DNA of 64,000 nt from the human T2T-CHM13v2.0 reference genome, Homo sapiens (GCF_009914755.1 NC_060925.1); one strand, 5' to 3'. Positions 28,481 to 47,624 are shown, numbered from the stretch's first letter. Translations and numbers: made by a program. Notes: generated by a model not told the origin, from the sequence alone.

Positions 28481-30494
28481 TACACCGGTTCCAAATGGAA
28501 GAAATGGCCAAAACAAAGGGGCTACAGGCCCCATGCAAGTCCAAAATCCAGCAGGGCAATAAAATCTTAATGCTCCAAAATGATCGCCTTTGACTCCATG
28601 TCTCACATCCAGGTCCTGCTGATGCAAGAAGTGGACTCTCATGGCCTTGGGCAGCTCCACCCCTATGGCTTTGCAGGGTACAGCCCCATTCCTGGCTGCT
28701 TTCACAAGGTGGCATTGTCTGTGACTTTTCCAGGTACACACTGTAAGCTGTCAGTGGATCTACCATTCTGGGTCTGCAGGATGGTGGCTCTCTTCTCACA
28801 GCTCCACTAGGCAGTGCCTCAATGGGAGCTTTGTGTGGGAATTCCAACCCCACATTTCCCTTCCACACTGCCCTAGCATAGATTCCCTATGTGGGCTACA
28901 CCACTGCAGCAAACTTCTGCCTAGACATCCGTGTATTTCCATACATCCTCTGGAATTGTGGCAGAGGTTCCCAAACCTCAATTCTTAACTTGGCTTTGTG
29001 TGGGGATTCCAACCCCACATTTCCCTTCCACACTGCCTTAGCATAGATTCTCTATGTGGGCTACACCACTGCAGCAAACTTCTGCCTAGACGTCCATGTA
29101 TTTCCATACATCCTCTGAAATTGTGGCAGAGGTTCCCAAACCTCAATTCTTAACTTGGCTTTGTGTGGGGATTCCAATCCCACATTTCCCTTCCACACTG
29201 CCTTAGCATAGGTTCTCCATGTGGGCTAGGCCACTGCAGCAAACTTCTGCCTAGACGTCCGGGCATTTCCACACATCCTCTGAAATCGTGGCAAAGGTTC
29301 CCAAACCTTAATTCTTAAAGTTTTCTGTACCCACAGGCCCAACACCAAGTAAAGGCTGCCAAGACTTGGGGCTTGAACCCTCTGAAGCAATGGCCTGAGC
29401 TGTACATTGGTCTCTTTTAGCCACAGCTAGGACACAGCACCATGTCCCAAGACTACAAAAAGCAGCAAGGCCCTGGGTCCCGGATCATGAAACCATTTTT
29501 TTCTCCTATGCCTCCAAGCCTGTGATGGGAGGGACTGCCGTGAAGACCTCTGACATGTCCTAAAGACATTTTCCCCATTGTCTTGGCAATTAACATTTGG
29601 CTCCTCATTACTTACATAAATTTCTGCAGCTGGCTTAAATTTTTCCTCAGAAAATGGGTTTTCTTTTCTATCACATCATCAGGCTGAAAATTTTCCAAAC
29701 GTTTATGCTCTGCTTCTCTTTTAAACATAAGTTTCAATTACAGACCACCTTTTTTTGAATGCATAAAACTGAATGCTTTTAAGAGCACCCAAGTCACCTC
29801 TTGAATGCTTTGCTCTTTAGAAATTTCCTCTCCCAGATACCCTAAATCATCTCTCTCAATTTCAAAGTTCTGCAGATCTCTAGGGCAGGGGCAAAATGCT
29901 GCCAGTCTCTTTGCTAAAGTATAGCAAGAGTCACCTTTGCTTCAGTTCCCAAGAAGATCCTCATTTCCATCTGAAACCACCTCAGCCTGGACTTAACTGT
30001 CTATATCACTATCAGCATTTTGGTCAAAGCCATTTAACAAGTCTCTAGAAAGTTCCAAACTTACCCACATCTTCCTGTCTCCTTCTGAGCCCTCCAAACT
30101 GTTCCAACCTCTGCCTGTTACCCAGTTCCAAAGTAACTTCCACATATTCAGGTATCTTTATAGCACCACCCCACTCTCTACAGTACCAACTTACTGTATT
30201 AGTCCATTCTCACATTGCTATAAGAAAATACCTGAGACTGAGTAATTTGTAAGGGAAAGAGGTTTAATTGACTGACAGTTCCACATGGCTGGGGAGGCCT
30301 CAGGAAATACAATCATGGCAGGAGGCGAAGGGGAAGCAAGGCACCTTCTTCACATGGTGGTAGGAAGAAGAATGACTGAAGGAGAAACTTGCCAAACACT
30401 CATCAAACCATCAGATTTCGTGAGAACAATTACTTCCACCTGGTCTCTCAATTCAAGGTGAGACATTGGGTGGGGACACAGTCAAATCATATCA
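28481..30494 (-). mobile_element. MaLR THE1/MSTA-like LTR (30196-30494) plus internal sequence, antisense, 3' part missing
   Basis: TGTATTAGTCCATTCTCAC...AATCATATCA reverse LTR; internal sequence is reverse-homologous to the MST internal on its left. Confidence 0.8.
28828..29318. repeat. 165-bp tandem triplication
   Basis: GCTTTGTGTGGG..TTCCAA.CCCACATTTCCC starts at 28828, 28993 and 29158. Confidence 0.92.
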
Positions 30495-30694
30495 CCATCT
30501 CAATGCCGCTCCTTGTTATTGGTCTGTTTAGAGTTTCTATTTATTTCTTATTTAATCTAGGAGAGTTTCATAATTCCAGGAATTCATAAATCTCCTCTAG
30601 GTTTTCTAGTTTGTGCACATAAAGTTGTTGAAAGTAGCCTTAGTAATCTTTTGTATTTCTGTTGTATTGTTTGTAATACCTCCTGTTTCATTTC

Positions 30695-30962
30695 TTTTTT
30701 TTTTTTTTTTTTGAGATGGAGTCTCACTCTGTCATCCAGGCTGGAGTGCAGTGGTGCAATCTCAGCTCACTGCAACCTCCACCTGCCGGGTTAAGTGATT
30801 CCCCTGCCTCAGCCTCTTGAGTACCTGGAATTACAGGAATGTGTCACCATGCCCAGCTAATTTTTGTATTTTTAGCTGGTCTCAAACTCCTGACCTCACG
30901 ACCTGCCCACCTCGGCTTCCCAAAGTGCTGGGATTACAGGCATGAGCCACCATGCCTGGCCC
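30695..30962 (-). mobile_element. AluS (internally deleted)
   Basis: Reverse Alu; TSD CCTCCTGTTTCATTTCT. Confidence 0.85.
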
Positions 30963-32011
30963 TCCTGTTTCATTTCTAATTGAGCTTATTTAGATTTTCT
31001 CTCTTCTTTTCTTGGTTAATCTCACTAATGGTATATCAATTTTGTTTATCTTTTCAAAGAACCAGCTTTTTGTTTCATTTATCTTTTGTATTTTTTGTTT
31101 GTTTCAATTTCATTTAGTTTTGCTCTGATCTTTGTTAGTTCTTTTATTCTGCTGGGTTTGGATTTGGTTTGCTATTGTTCCTCTAGTTCTTTCAGGTGTG
31201 ACCTTAGATGGTCTATTTGTACTCGTTCAGACTTTTTAATGTAGGCATTTAATGATACAAACTTTTGTCTTAGCACTACCTTTGCTGTATCTCAGAGGTT
31301 TTGATAGGTTGTGTCACTACTATCATTCTGTTCAAAAAGTGTTTAAACTTCTATCTTGATTTCATTGTTGACCCAACAGTCAGTCATTCAGGAGCAGATT
31401 ATTTAATTTCCATGTATTTGCATGGTTTTGAGTGTTCCTTTTGGAGTTGATTTCCAATTATACTCCATTGTGGTCTAAGAGTGTACTTGATATGATTTTG
31501 ATTTTCTTAAATTTATTGAGACTTGTTTTGTGGCCTATCATATGGTGTATCTTCAAGAATGTTCCATGTGCTGATGAACAGAATGCATACACTGCAATTG
31601 TTGAGTAGAATATTCTGTAAATATCTGTTAAGTCCATCTGTTCTATGATATAGTCAAGACCATTGATTTTTTTGTTGGCTTTCTGTCTTGACCTGTCTAG
31701 TGCTGTCAGTGGAGTATTGAAGTCCCCCACTGTTATTGTGTTGCCATCTATCTCATTTTTAGGTCTAGTAGTAATTATTCTATAAATTTGGAAGCTCCAG
31801 TGTTAAGTGCATATGGACTTAAGACTGTGATATTTTCCTGTTGGACTAGTCTTTTTATCATTACATAATGCTCCTCTTTCTCTTTGTTAATTGCTATTGC
31901 TTTAAAGTTTGTTTTCTCTGATGTAAGAATAGCTACTCCTGCTCCTGCTCCCTTTTGTTGTCCATTTGCATGGAGTATCTTTTTCCACCTCTTTACCTTA
32001 GGTTTATGTGA

Positions 32012-32368
<357 letters not shown>

Positions 32369-32622
32369 GGTGAATTCTTATCCATTCTGCCATTTTGTAT
32401 CTTTTAAGTGGGGGCATTTAGATCATTTACATTCAACGTTAGCATTGAGATGTAAGGTACCCTTCTATTAATCATGCTGCAAGTTGCTGCCTGAATACCT
32501 TGGTTTTTTTTCTTTTTTTTCATTGTGTTATTGTTTTATAGGTCCTGTGAGGTTTATGCTTTAAGGAGGTTCTATTTTGGTGTATTTTTTGAAGTTCTGT
32601 TTCATGATTTAGAACTCCTTTA

Positions 32623-32875
32623 GGCCAGGTGCGGTGGCTCACACCTGTAATCCCAGCACTTTGGGAGGCCGAGGCGGGTGGATCACGAGGTCAGGAGATC
32701 GAGACCATCCTGGCTAACATGGTGAAACCCCGTCTCTATTAAAAATACAAAAAATTAGCCGGGCGTGGTGGCAAGCGCCTGTAGTCCCAGCTACTTGGGA
32801 GGCTAAGGCAGGAGACTCCAGCCTGGGCGACAGAGCGAGACTCCGTCTCCAAGAAAAAAAAAAACAAAAAAAAAA
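32623..32875 (+). mobile_element. AluY with right-arm deletion
   Basis: GGCAGGAG joined to ACTCCAGCC; TSD AACTCCTTT. Confidence 0.85.
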
Positions 32876-34946
32876 CTCCTTTTAGCAGTTGTTGTAGTGC
32901 TGGTTTGGTAGTGGTGAGTTCTCAGTATTTGCTTGTCTGAAAATAATTTTATTTTTCCTTCATTTATGAAGCTTAGTTTCACTGGATACAAAATTCTTGG
33001 CTGACAATTATTTTGTTGAAGGAGGCTAATGATAGAACCCCAATCTCTTTTAGCTTGTTGGGTTTCTGCTGAAAAATCTGCTGTAATCTGATAGGTTTTC
33101 CTTCCTAGGTTAAATGATGCTTTTGCCTCACAGCTCTTCAGATTCTTTCCTTCTTAATTTTAGATAACCTGATGAGTATGCATCTAGGTGATTATCTTTT
33201 TGTGATACATTTTCCAGGTGTTGTTTGAGCTTCTTGTATTTGGATGTCTAGATCTCTAGCAAGGCCAGGGAAGTTTTCCTCAATTATTTCCTCAAATAAG
33301 AATTCCAAAATTTTAGTTTACTCTTCTTCCTGAGGAAGACCTATTATTGCTAGGTTCAGAGGCTTTGTTCTTTTTTCATTTTTTTTTTTTTTTGTTTTGT
33401 TGCATCGGGTTAATTTGAAAGCCTTGTCTTCAAGCTCTGAAGTTCTTTCTTACACTTGTTCACTTCTATTGTTGAAACTTTCCAGTGTACTTCACAGTTC
33501 TCTAAGTGTGTCATTCATTTCCAGAAGTTGTGATTGTTTTTTATTGATGATATGTGTTTGGAGATTTTTTCGTCCATGTCCTGTATTTTTTTTTTTTTTT
33601 TGTAATTCCCTTAAAGTGGTTTCCACCTTTCTCTGGTGCCTCCACGAGTAGCTTAATAATCAACCTTTTAAATTCTTTTCCTGGCAATTCAGAGATTTCT
33701 TCTTAGTTTGCATCCACTGCTGGGGAGCTTGTGTGATTTTTGAGGGTGTTAAAGAACTTTATTTTGTCATATTACCAGAATTGTTTTTCTGGTTCCTTCT
33801 CATTTGGGTAGACTATGTCAGAGGAAAGATCTGAGGCTCAAGGGCTGTGGTTCAGATTCTTCTGTCTCACAGGGTGATGCCTTGATGTGGTGCCCTCCCC
33901 GTTTCCCTAGGGATGGGCTTCCTGAGACCCAGAAGGCAGTGACTGTTATGGCTCTTCTAGGTCAAGCCACCCATTGGAGGTGCTGGACTCTGGGCTGGTA
34001 CTGGGGAGTGTCTGCAAAGAGTCCTGTGATGTGATCTCTTCAGGTCTCTTGGCCTGGATACCAATACCTGCTTCATTGGATGTAGCAGGGGAGTCAGGTG
34101 GATTCTGTGAGGGTCCTTGCTTGTAGTTTTTTGGGTTTTTTTTTCGGTGCATTGTTTTTCTTGAATGCTAATTACGCTAGCAATGAACTTGTCATGTGGG
34201 CAGACTCAGAATCTCTGGTTAGCCAGGATGTTACAGGTGGTGGAATTAGCAGTTGTTTACTGCTTTCTTGGAGCAGGGTCATTCTGTTATGAGTTGCTAT
34301 AATGGCTTGCGTTGGTTGGCCAGCAGCCAGGAGGTGGCACTTTCAAGAGAGCATCAGCTGCAGTAATATAGGGGGATATCAGCTTGCCCTAAAGTCACCT
34401 GAATAAGTATTCAGGTTTCTCAGGTAATGGGTGGGGTCATAGAGTTCTCAAAAAAGTATGTCTTTTGTCTTTGGCTACCAAGGTGGGTAGAGAAGAACCA
34501 TCAGACTGGGGCAAGGTTAGATGTGTCTGAGCTCAGACTCTCCTTGGGAGAAGCTTGCTGAGGCCACTGTGGGAGATGGTGGTGTGGTATTCAGGCCAAT
34601 GGAGTTGTTTCCAGGGGCACTATGGCTGCCTCTGCTGTATCATACAGGCTGCCAGGGAAGTGGGAGAAAGCCAGCAGTGACAGGCCTCACGCAGTTCCCA
34701 TGCAGCCGGAAAAGCCAGTCTCACTCTCACCCCCAGCACCCGAGCTTATATGCAGGAAGCCAGTGAGAAGGGCTGCGATCTTGCCCCAGGCTACAAGCCT
34801 CCTCACTGAGAATGCAAGTAGGGCTTTTAGGCCCCACTCCATCCCATCTGCTGTGACTTCTGTCCCTGTATCTGCACTTCCCTTTCATCGACCCCCAGAT
34901 TTTGCCCAGGAAAGTTCATGCTCAGTTGAAATTATTATAAAGTTCA

Positions 34947-35295
<349 letters not shown>

Positions 35296-36516
35296 TCACA
35301 TTCTGAGAAATAAAACAGACGCTGAAAAATTTAAAAACAAAACAAACAAACAAAAAACCTAGTAACAGGAGAGTAGAGGAAGATGGCCAAATAGAAGGCT
35401 CCATCTGTCATCCATGCCCATAGGCACAACAAATTTAACAACTATCTACACCAAAAAAGAACATTCATAAGAACAAAAACTCAGACAAGCATACCTGCTT
35501 TTAACTTCTTATCACTGAAAAAGGCACTGAAAAGATTAGGTAAGAGTCCTGAATTGCCAACACCACCCTTCCTCCATTACCTGGCAGCAGCCGCATAGCA
35601 TAGAGAATCTGTGTGACTGGGAAAGGTAGAGTACAGCAATTGTGCCACTTTGCATTGGAATGTAGTGCTGCCAACACCAGGCAGAACTCAGCTAACTTCA
35701 GCAGAGGAAACATTTAGACCGTCCTAACCAGAGGGGACTTGCCTATCCCAGTGGTTGGAATTTGAGTTCTAGCGGGCCTCAACACCAGGGGCTAAAGTGC
35801 TCTGCGGCCCTAAATACACCTGAAAGGCAGTCTAAGCCACAAGAATGGCAACTCCTGGTGCTGAGCTGGGCTCAGAGGCAGAGGACTTAAAAGGCACACA
35901 ATCTACTGAGATGCCAGCTGGCATGGCTAAGGGCTTATACCATCCCTCCTTCAACCTCAAACAGCACAGCTCATGGCTCCAAAAGGGAACCCCCTTCCAC
36001 CTGAGGAGAGGCGAGGGAAGAGTAAAGAGGACTTTGTCTTGCAACTTTGATAAGAGCTCAGCTCCAGTAGGATAGGGCACTGGGCAGGGTTGTGAGGCCC
36101 ACATTTTAGGCCCTAGTTCCTGGAGGACATTTCTAGGCCTATGCTGGACCAGAAGGGAACCAAATGCCTTGAAAGAAAGAACCTAGTCCTGGGAAGACCC
36201 ATTACTAGCTAATTTAAGATACAGTGGGCCCTGAATAACCACAATTGATATACAGGCAGTAAGCCACGGGCCTTTGGTGACATTCTGAGATGTGCTGGCT
36301 TCAAGTGAGACGTAGCACATTCCCAGTTGTGGTGACAACAGTGACAGACTCCTGTTTGAGAAAAGCAGAGTAAAAAGTAAAGGAAACTTTGAGCTATGCT
36401 TGTCTCAAATAATAATAATAATAATGAGTTATAAGACAGTATTTGCAAGCCTTCTTGTAACCTCAAATTTAAAAACATACAATGGATACATAAAATATAA
36501 CAAGAAAGAAAGTAAA

Positions 36517-37240
36517 TCATACCAAGGGAGGAAAAAAGGAAAACTAGTTGGGCAGACAGCTAAAAACTGGTCTTTGGTAAAACTCCTTTAAAGAAACTGC
36601 CTGAAAAAAATCAGGCTGCAGGCACAGATAAGGAAACTTGCACAAACCTCCAGCCCAATCAGATAAAGGAACAAGGCCCAACATAACAACACCTTTGTCC
36701 TTTGTGCCTAAGACATACCTCCAGCTACACTGATAAGGGAACAAGACCCAACACAGAAACACCTTTGTCCTTTGTATAACCAGCGGGCTTCCAGGAAATA
36801 GTCTCTTCCTTTGTGGGCACGTACATGGTGGGCTCTGGTGAGCACTTTCCTTTCCTTTTTTAGACACACTTTGTGTGAGCCAAGCCTCTATGAATCATCA
36901 CTTCAGTCTCTGATTGGCCCCAGGCCAAGGTCCCAGGACAAGCTCTCACTTCAACTCCTGATTGGTCCCAGGCCAAGCAGAGTAGCACTTTCTTCAAGAC
37001 CAGTCAGCACCTTCCTTCCCTTCCTGGTCCATAAAAATCCTGGAGCCAGCCTCATATTTGGCAACCCATTCAGACCCCCTTCTCTGCTGCAGAGAGCTTT
37101 CTTCTTCCACTTATTAAACTTTCACCCCAATCTCACCCTTTCTATACACGCTCCTTAATATTCTTGGTCATGAGACAACTTCCAGTGATACTGCACAACT
37201 AGAGACTGCTACATTGTGGTGCATTGGTGAGACTGTAACA
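36517..37240 (+). mobile_element. Solo ERV1-type LTR inside the L1 (family unresolved)
   Basis: Internal direct repeats, two CTGATTGG boxes, CATAAAAA TATA-like box, ATTAAA, ends GTAACA; ATACC near both ends. Confidence 0.55.
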
Positions 37241-38215
37241 ATACCACCAGGAAAAATCACCTTCACTGAATAACACTGAGTTTAACGGAACTAAATTCTC
37301 CCATCAAAAGATGCTGAGTGCTTCAATGAATATAAAAAAACAAGACCCACTGACTGGCTGCCTAACATACTTCACCTATCAAGACACATACAAACTGAAA
37401 ACAAAGGGATAAAAAAGGATATTCCATATCAATAGAAACCAAAAAAAGAATAGCTATACTTATATCAGATGAAATAAATTTCAAACAAAAACTATAAAAA
37501 GAGACAAAGAAGTCACTACATAATGATATGTATGTGCTGATATCCAATTCAGCAAGAGGATATAACCATTTTCAATATATATGCACTCAATACTGAAGCA
37601 CTCAGATATATAAAGCAAATATTAATAGAGCTAAAGAGAGAGAGACCCCAAAACAATAACAGCTATAGACTTCAACACCCTACTTTTAGCATTAGACAAT
37701 CTTACAGACCAAAAAAAAAAAAAAAATCAATAATGAAAACACTGGAATTACTCTGCACTGTAGACCAAATGGCCCTAATAGATACTTACAGAACATTTTG
37801 TCCAACAGCTTCAGAATACACATTCTTTTCATCAGAACATGAATCATTCTCAAGGATAGACCATATGGTAGGTCACAAAAAAGTCTTTAAAACATTCACC
37901 AGAAAAAATTGAAATAGTATCAAGCATCTTCCCTGACCGCAAAGGATTAAAACTAGGAATCAATAACAAGACAACTTTTGTAAACTCTACAGATCCACGG
38001 AAATTAATATGCTCCTGAATGAGTCATGAAGAAATTTAAAAGGAAACTGAAAAACTTCTAAAAACAAATGATAATGGAAATACAACATACCAAAACCTGT
38101 GGGATAAAGTGAAAGCAATACTAAGAGGGAAGTTTATAGCTGTAAATACCTACATCAAAAAAAGAGTAATTTCAAACAACCACCTAATAACGCATCTTAA
38201 AAAACTAAAAAAGAG

Positions 38216-38299
38216 GTTGAGCACGGTGGTTCATGCTTGTAATCCCAGCACTTTGGGAGGCTGAGGCAGGCGGATCATCAGGTGAGGAGTTCGAGACCA
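38216..38299 (+). mobile_element. Alu left-arm fragment at an L1 deletion junction
   Basis: TGTAATCCCAGCACTTTGGGAGG...TTCGAGACCAG, then late L1 ORF2 sequence. Confidence 0.8.
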
Positions 38300-39755
38300 G
38301 TGAACTCAGTTTTGACAAAGGTACCAAGAACACACACTGGGGAAAGAACAATCTCTTCAATAAATGGTGCTGGAAAAACTGGATATCCACATGTAGAAGA
38401 ATAAAACTAGACCACTATCTCTCACCATATAAAAACAAAATCAAAATGGATTAAAAACTTAAATATAAGTTCTCAAACTATGAAACTACTACAAGAAAGC
38501 ATTGGGGAAACTCTTCAGGACATTGAACTGGGCAAAGATTTCTTGAGTAATACCCCATGAGCACAGGAGACCAAACCAAACATGGACGAATGAGATCCAC
38601 ATCAAGTTAAAAAGCTTCTGTGCAGCAAAGGAAACAATCAACTAAGTGAAAAGACAACATACAGAATGCAAGAAAATATTTGCAAACTACTCATCTGACA
38701 AGAGATTAATAAACAGAATACATAAGGATTTCAAACAAATACAGGAAAAAAAATTCTAATAATCTCATCCAAAAATGGGCAAATAATCCAATCCAAAAAT
38801 GTCTCAAAAGAAGACATACAAATGGTAAACAGGTATATGAAAAGATGCTCAGTATCACTGATCATCAGAGAAATGCAAATCAAAATCATGATGAGATATC
38901 TCATTCCCATTAAAATGGCTTTTACCAGGCAACAATTGCTGGAGAGGATGTAGAGATAAGGGAACCCTGGTATAGTGGTTGTGGAAATGTAAATTAGTAC
39001 AACCACTCTGGAGAACAGTTTCAAGGTTCCTCAAAAAGTAAAAATTGAGCTACCACATGATGACGGCAATCCCACTCCTAGGTATATATCCAAAGAACAG
39101 GAGATCAGTATATTGAAAACACATCTGAACTCCCATGTTTACTGCAGCACACAATAGCCAAGATTTGGAAGCAACCAAAGTGTCCATCAACAGAAGAATG
39201 GATGAAGAAAATGTAGCACATATACAAAATGATATACTATTTAGCCATAAAAAAAGAATGAGATCCATTCATTTGCAACAACACGGATGAAACTGGAAGT
39301 CATTGTGTTAAATGAAATAAGCCAGGAAAAGAGACAAACTTCACATGTTCTCACTTACTTGTGAGAACTGACAATTAAAATGACTGAACTTATGGAGATA
39401 GAAAGTAGAAGGATGGTTACCAAAGGGTGGGAACAATAGTGGAGGAGGTGGAGGGGATGTGGGAATGTTTAATGGGTACAAAAAAAATAGTTAGAAAAAA
39501 TAAACAAGACCTTGTATTTTGCTAGCAAAACAGGATGATTACAGTCAAATATAACTTAATTGTACATTTTAAAATAAGTAAAAGGTTATAAACAGTTTGT
39601 AACACAAAAGATAAATGTTTAAAGTTATAGATACCCCATTTACCCTGGTACAATTATTATGCATTGCATGCCCGTATCAAAATATCTCATGTAACTCATA
39701 AATATATACACCTAGTATGTACCCACAAAAATTAAAAACTAAAACAAAATAAAAC

Positions 39756-42170
<2,415 letters not shown>

Positions 42171-42539
42171 AAATATAATCCATGAATGAGAGAACAGGTA
42201 AATATGGGAACTCCGTACTATCTGCCCAATTTTTCTGCAAACCTAAATGTGCACTGAAAAATAAAGTCCATTAAATAAAAAGTAAATAGACAACCATTCC
42301 ATAGAAGATTTATAGCCATGCAAAAAAATTACACACAGAATAAAATTTTCATAAAAACATGTAAAAATAAAGTATAACACAGGTTATAAAGCTATGAAGA
42401 AAGGAAAATAAATTATCTTATAATTCATAATTCTGGAGAGAAATGGGATAATTTGGCCTTGAGAAATCATTTTAAGTAAGGCGTGCAGTGTGAAGGTTTC
42501 TTCCAAGTATTCATCTGGTTGTCATTATGTGGACATTTC

Positions 42540-42764
42540 CTTTACAGTATTTCCGCTGACCATGCATTTGTTTTATATATTTTCTGCTATGCAACATTTG
42601 TAGGAAGTTTCCAAATTGCAAACAATGCACAAATCTCAGTGCAACACAATTCAAAAAGCCACTGAGATCTGTGCATTGAGTTTGCATTTTGGAAACTCCC
42701 TTCAAATGTTACGTATGCAGAAAATACATAAAACAATGACACAGTCAACCGAAACACTGTCAAG
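42540..42764. repeat. Imperfect inverted repeat, ~102/105-bp arms, 18-nt loop
   Basis: ...TGCAAACAATGCACAAATCTCAGTG [CAACACAATTCAAAAAGC] CACTGAGATCTGTGCATTGAGTTTGCA... Confidence 0.9.
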
Positions 42765-42777
42765 CTGTTAAAAGTAA

Positions 42778-43043
42778 ATTTTTTTTTTTTTTTTGAGATG
42801 GAGTCTCGCTCTGTTGCCCAGGCTGGAGTGCAGAGGCGCGATCTTGGCTCAATGCAACCTCCGCCTCCTGGGTTCAAGCAATTCTCTGCTTCAGCCTCCC
42901 AAGTAGCTGGGATTACAGGCACCCGCCACCACACCTGGCTAATCTTTTTGTATTTTTAGTAGAGATGGGGTTTCACCATCTTGGCCAGGCTAGTCTTGAA
43001 CTTCTGACCTCCTCGGCCTCCCAAAATGCTGGGATTACAGGCG
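42778..43043 (-). mobile_element. AluS with small deletions
   Basis: Reverse dimer after poly(T). Confidence 0.85.
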
Positions 43044-43387
43044 AACTTTTAAAAAATAACACAAGCTATTAAAACTAATTTTTGTTGTCATGAAATAAGT
43101 CTAATAAATTATATAAAATAATAATAGAAAAAACTATACAACGATATTTATACATTATACATCAAAGTATAATAAAAGAAATGGCAAGATGGCATATGTC
43201 CTTAGAAAGGAGACTGAGCTCCCCATAACGTAGGCTCTTCCACGTAGTTACAGCATTTTAACTTCCATGAAATCCACAACCAGGTTTGCTTTGTTAGTGA
43301 ACTTAAGAAAAACTACTTCTGAAAAGTGAAAGAGCAGACAAATGTCTGATAATAGCAAAGATATTGTAGAGAACACTGTCATGGAGT

Positions 43388-43560
43388 ATTATACACTGAA
43401 TGTTTATCCCCCCAGAATTCCTATGTGAAAATCCTAACCACAATGTGCCAATATTAGGAGGTGGCATTTCTGGGAGATTATTGGGATTAAACAAAATGAT
43501 AAGGGTGATCTAAGAATGGGAATTAGTACCTTCAGGAAAAGAGGCATTTTCTATCCCTTT
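43388..43560 (+). mobile_element. MLT1/MST-type LTR fragment
   Basis: CTGAATGTTTATCCCCCAGAATTC..TATGTGAAAATCCTAACC..TATTAGGAGGTGG. Confidence 0.5.
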
Positions 43561-43669
43561 CAGACTACAGAGCTATCATTTAACTATTATTTCCACAATA
43601 ATAAACTGTGATCATATTTGAGTACTCTAGGGGTTGCCGATGGTTGTCCCGTAGGATGCAGCACCAATC

Positions 43670-46060
<2,391 letters not shown>

Positions 46061-46377
46061 TTCCTTCCTGTGTTGGGACCTGACCTCACCCAGGAGGCAT
46101 TTGCATTGAAGCAGAACTTCGTACTGCCTTTAAAGAGTTCCACTGTTGTCTTCCTGCACTCCACAGGGCCTTTCTGCCTTTTCCTCCTGGACTCAGGGGC
46201 ACAGCATGGACAGGAAATTATAGACTCATTGTCTAATGGAGCCATCCTCAGCCTCAAGGAAGAACGGGGCCCAGGTCAGGCAACAGTGGAACATGCGGGA
46301 GCCAGACCTCTGCAATTCGGGACGAGGCTGTTGGCCCCAGGATGAAAGCTACCTCACTCTCTCTCAGTCTATGCACT

Positions 46378-46703
46378 TTCTTTCTTTCTTTTCTTTTCTC
46401 TTTCCTTCTTTTTATTTTTGACTGGGTCTCACTCTGTCACCCATGCTGGAGTGCAGTAGCACAATCTGGGCTCACTGCAATCTCCATCTCCTGGACTCAA
46501 ATGATCCTCCTGCCTCCCTCAGCCTCTCAAGTAGCTGGGACCACAGGTGCGCACCACCATGCCCGGCTAATTTTTGTAGTTTTTGTAGAGACGGGGTTTT
46601 ACCATGTTGCCCAGCTCGTCTTGAACTCCTGAGCTCAAGTGATCCACCTGCCTCAGCCTCCCAAAGTGCTGAGATTACGGGCATGAGCCACCAGGCCTGG
46701 CCG
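46378..46703 (-). mobile_element. AluJ
   Basis: Reverse diverged dimer; flanked by GTCTATGCA. Confidence 0.85.
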
Positions 46704-47624
46704 GTCTATGCATGTTCAACCAAGAAAATAAAAAGATGCCAATAAGAAACTAAAATTACTAAATGCACAAAACACTGGAGTTATATGGCAGCAATATTGC
46801 ATAAAGGAGTTACAAGGGAAGAAAAGCAAACATTTGCTATAGCTCAGATAAGGAGCCTGTTTCACCTACAGTTCAAAATGAAAACCCTCCTTGAGAAGGT
46901 TAAACATATTCCAAGTTTGAGAGCCAGACTCTGCTGAAATGCAGCCCCAGAAGTGATGAGTCCCTGGTGATGAGGAAAGAAAACCTAAGGAGTTAACTCC
47001 GTGAGCATAACATGCCCTTCTGTCTTCCAAGTTTTCTTATGTGAAAAAATAAAGCCTCCGAAAAAAGAATGACAAGTTCAATTCTACTAAAATTAAGAAG
47101 AGTCCATCAAATGGTAGACTGGAGTGAAAAGAAAAAATTACCTTGGGAAAAAATATATTTGCAGTCTTTACAAATAAAGTGGAATAGCGTGCAGAGTATG
47201 TTTAAAGGGGGGAGGGGTAAAAGCAATAAACAAACAAATAAATGAGAACTATTTGAAAACTATTTCACAGAAAATGATTGAAACCTATTTCATAGAAAAT
47301 TACCACACAGGAAAAATGCTCAAAACCAATGATAATCAGTAAAAAGTATATACAGTCACATGGAAATAAAGAAACAAATAAGGCTAAGTATTTGTAAGGA
47401 ATAAACACATATTTATGAAGGGTCAGTTTATCCATACATTCCACTGGCATTTTCTAGCAAATGTGAATTTATCTGTAACTTAAAAACCCAGCACTTTTTT
47501 TCTCAATGCGTAATAAATTTATGAAGCATTGTCACTTGGGACAAAAGCAAGGACACTGTCAACATCAAAAACTAAACGTGTAACAGCTCAAGTCCCATAG
47601 CAGTGTAATGGGTGAATAGGGGCA

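Larger units (their letters stand above)
35365..39755 (+). mobile_element. L1MA-type LINE-1 with large internal deletions
   Basis: AAGATGGCCAAATAG 5' end, endonuclease region ~37280-38210, ORF2 C-terminus and 3'UTR ending GTACCCACAAAAATTAAAAA. Confidence 0.8.

Noticed and set aside
28828-29318. CRISPR-like array
   Set aside because: Contiguous 165-bp units without spacers, in a eukaryotic LTR element
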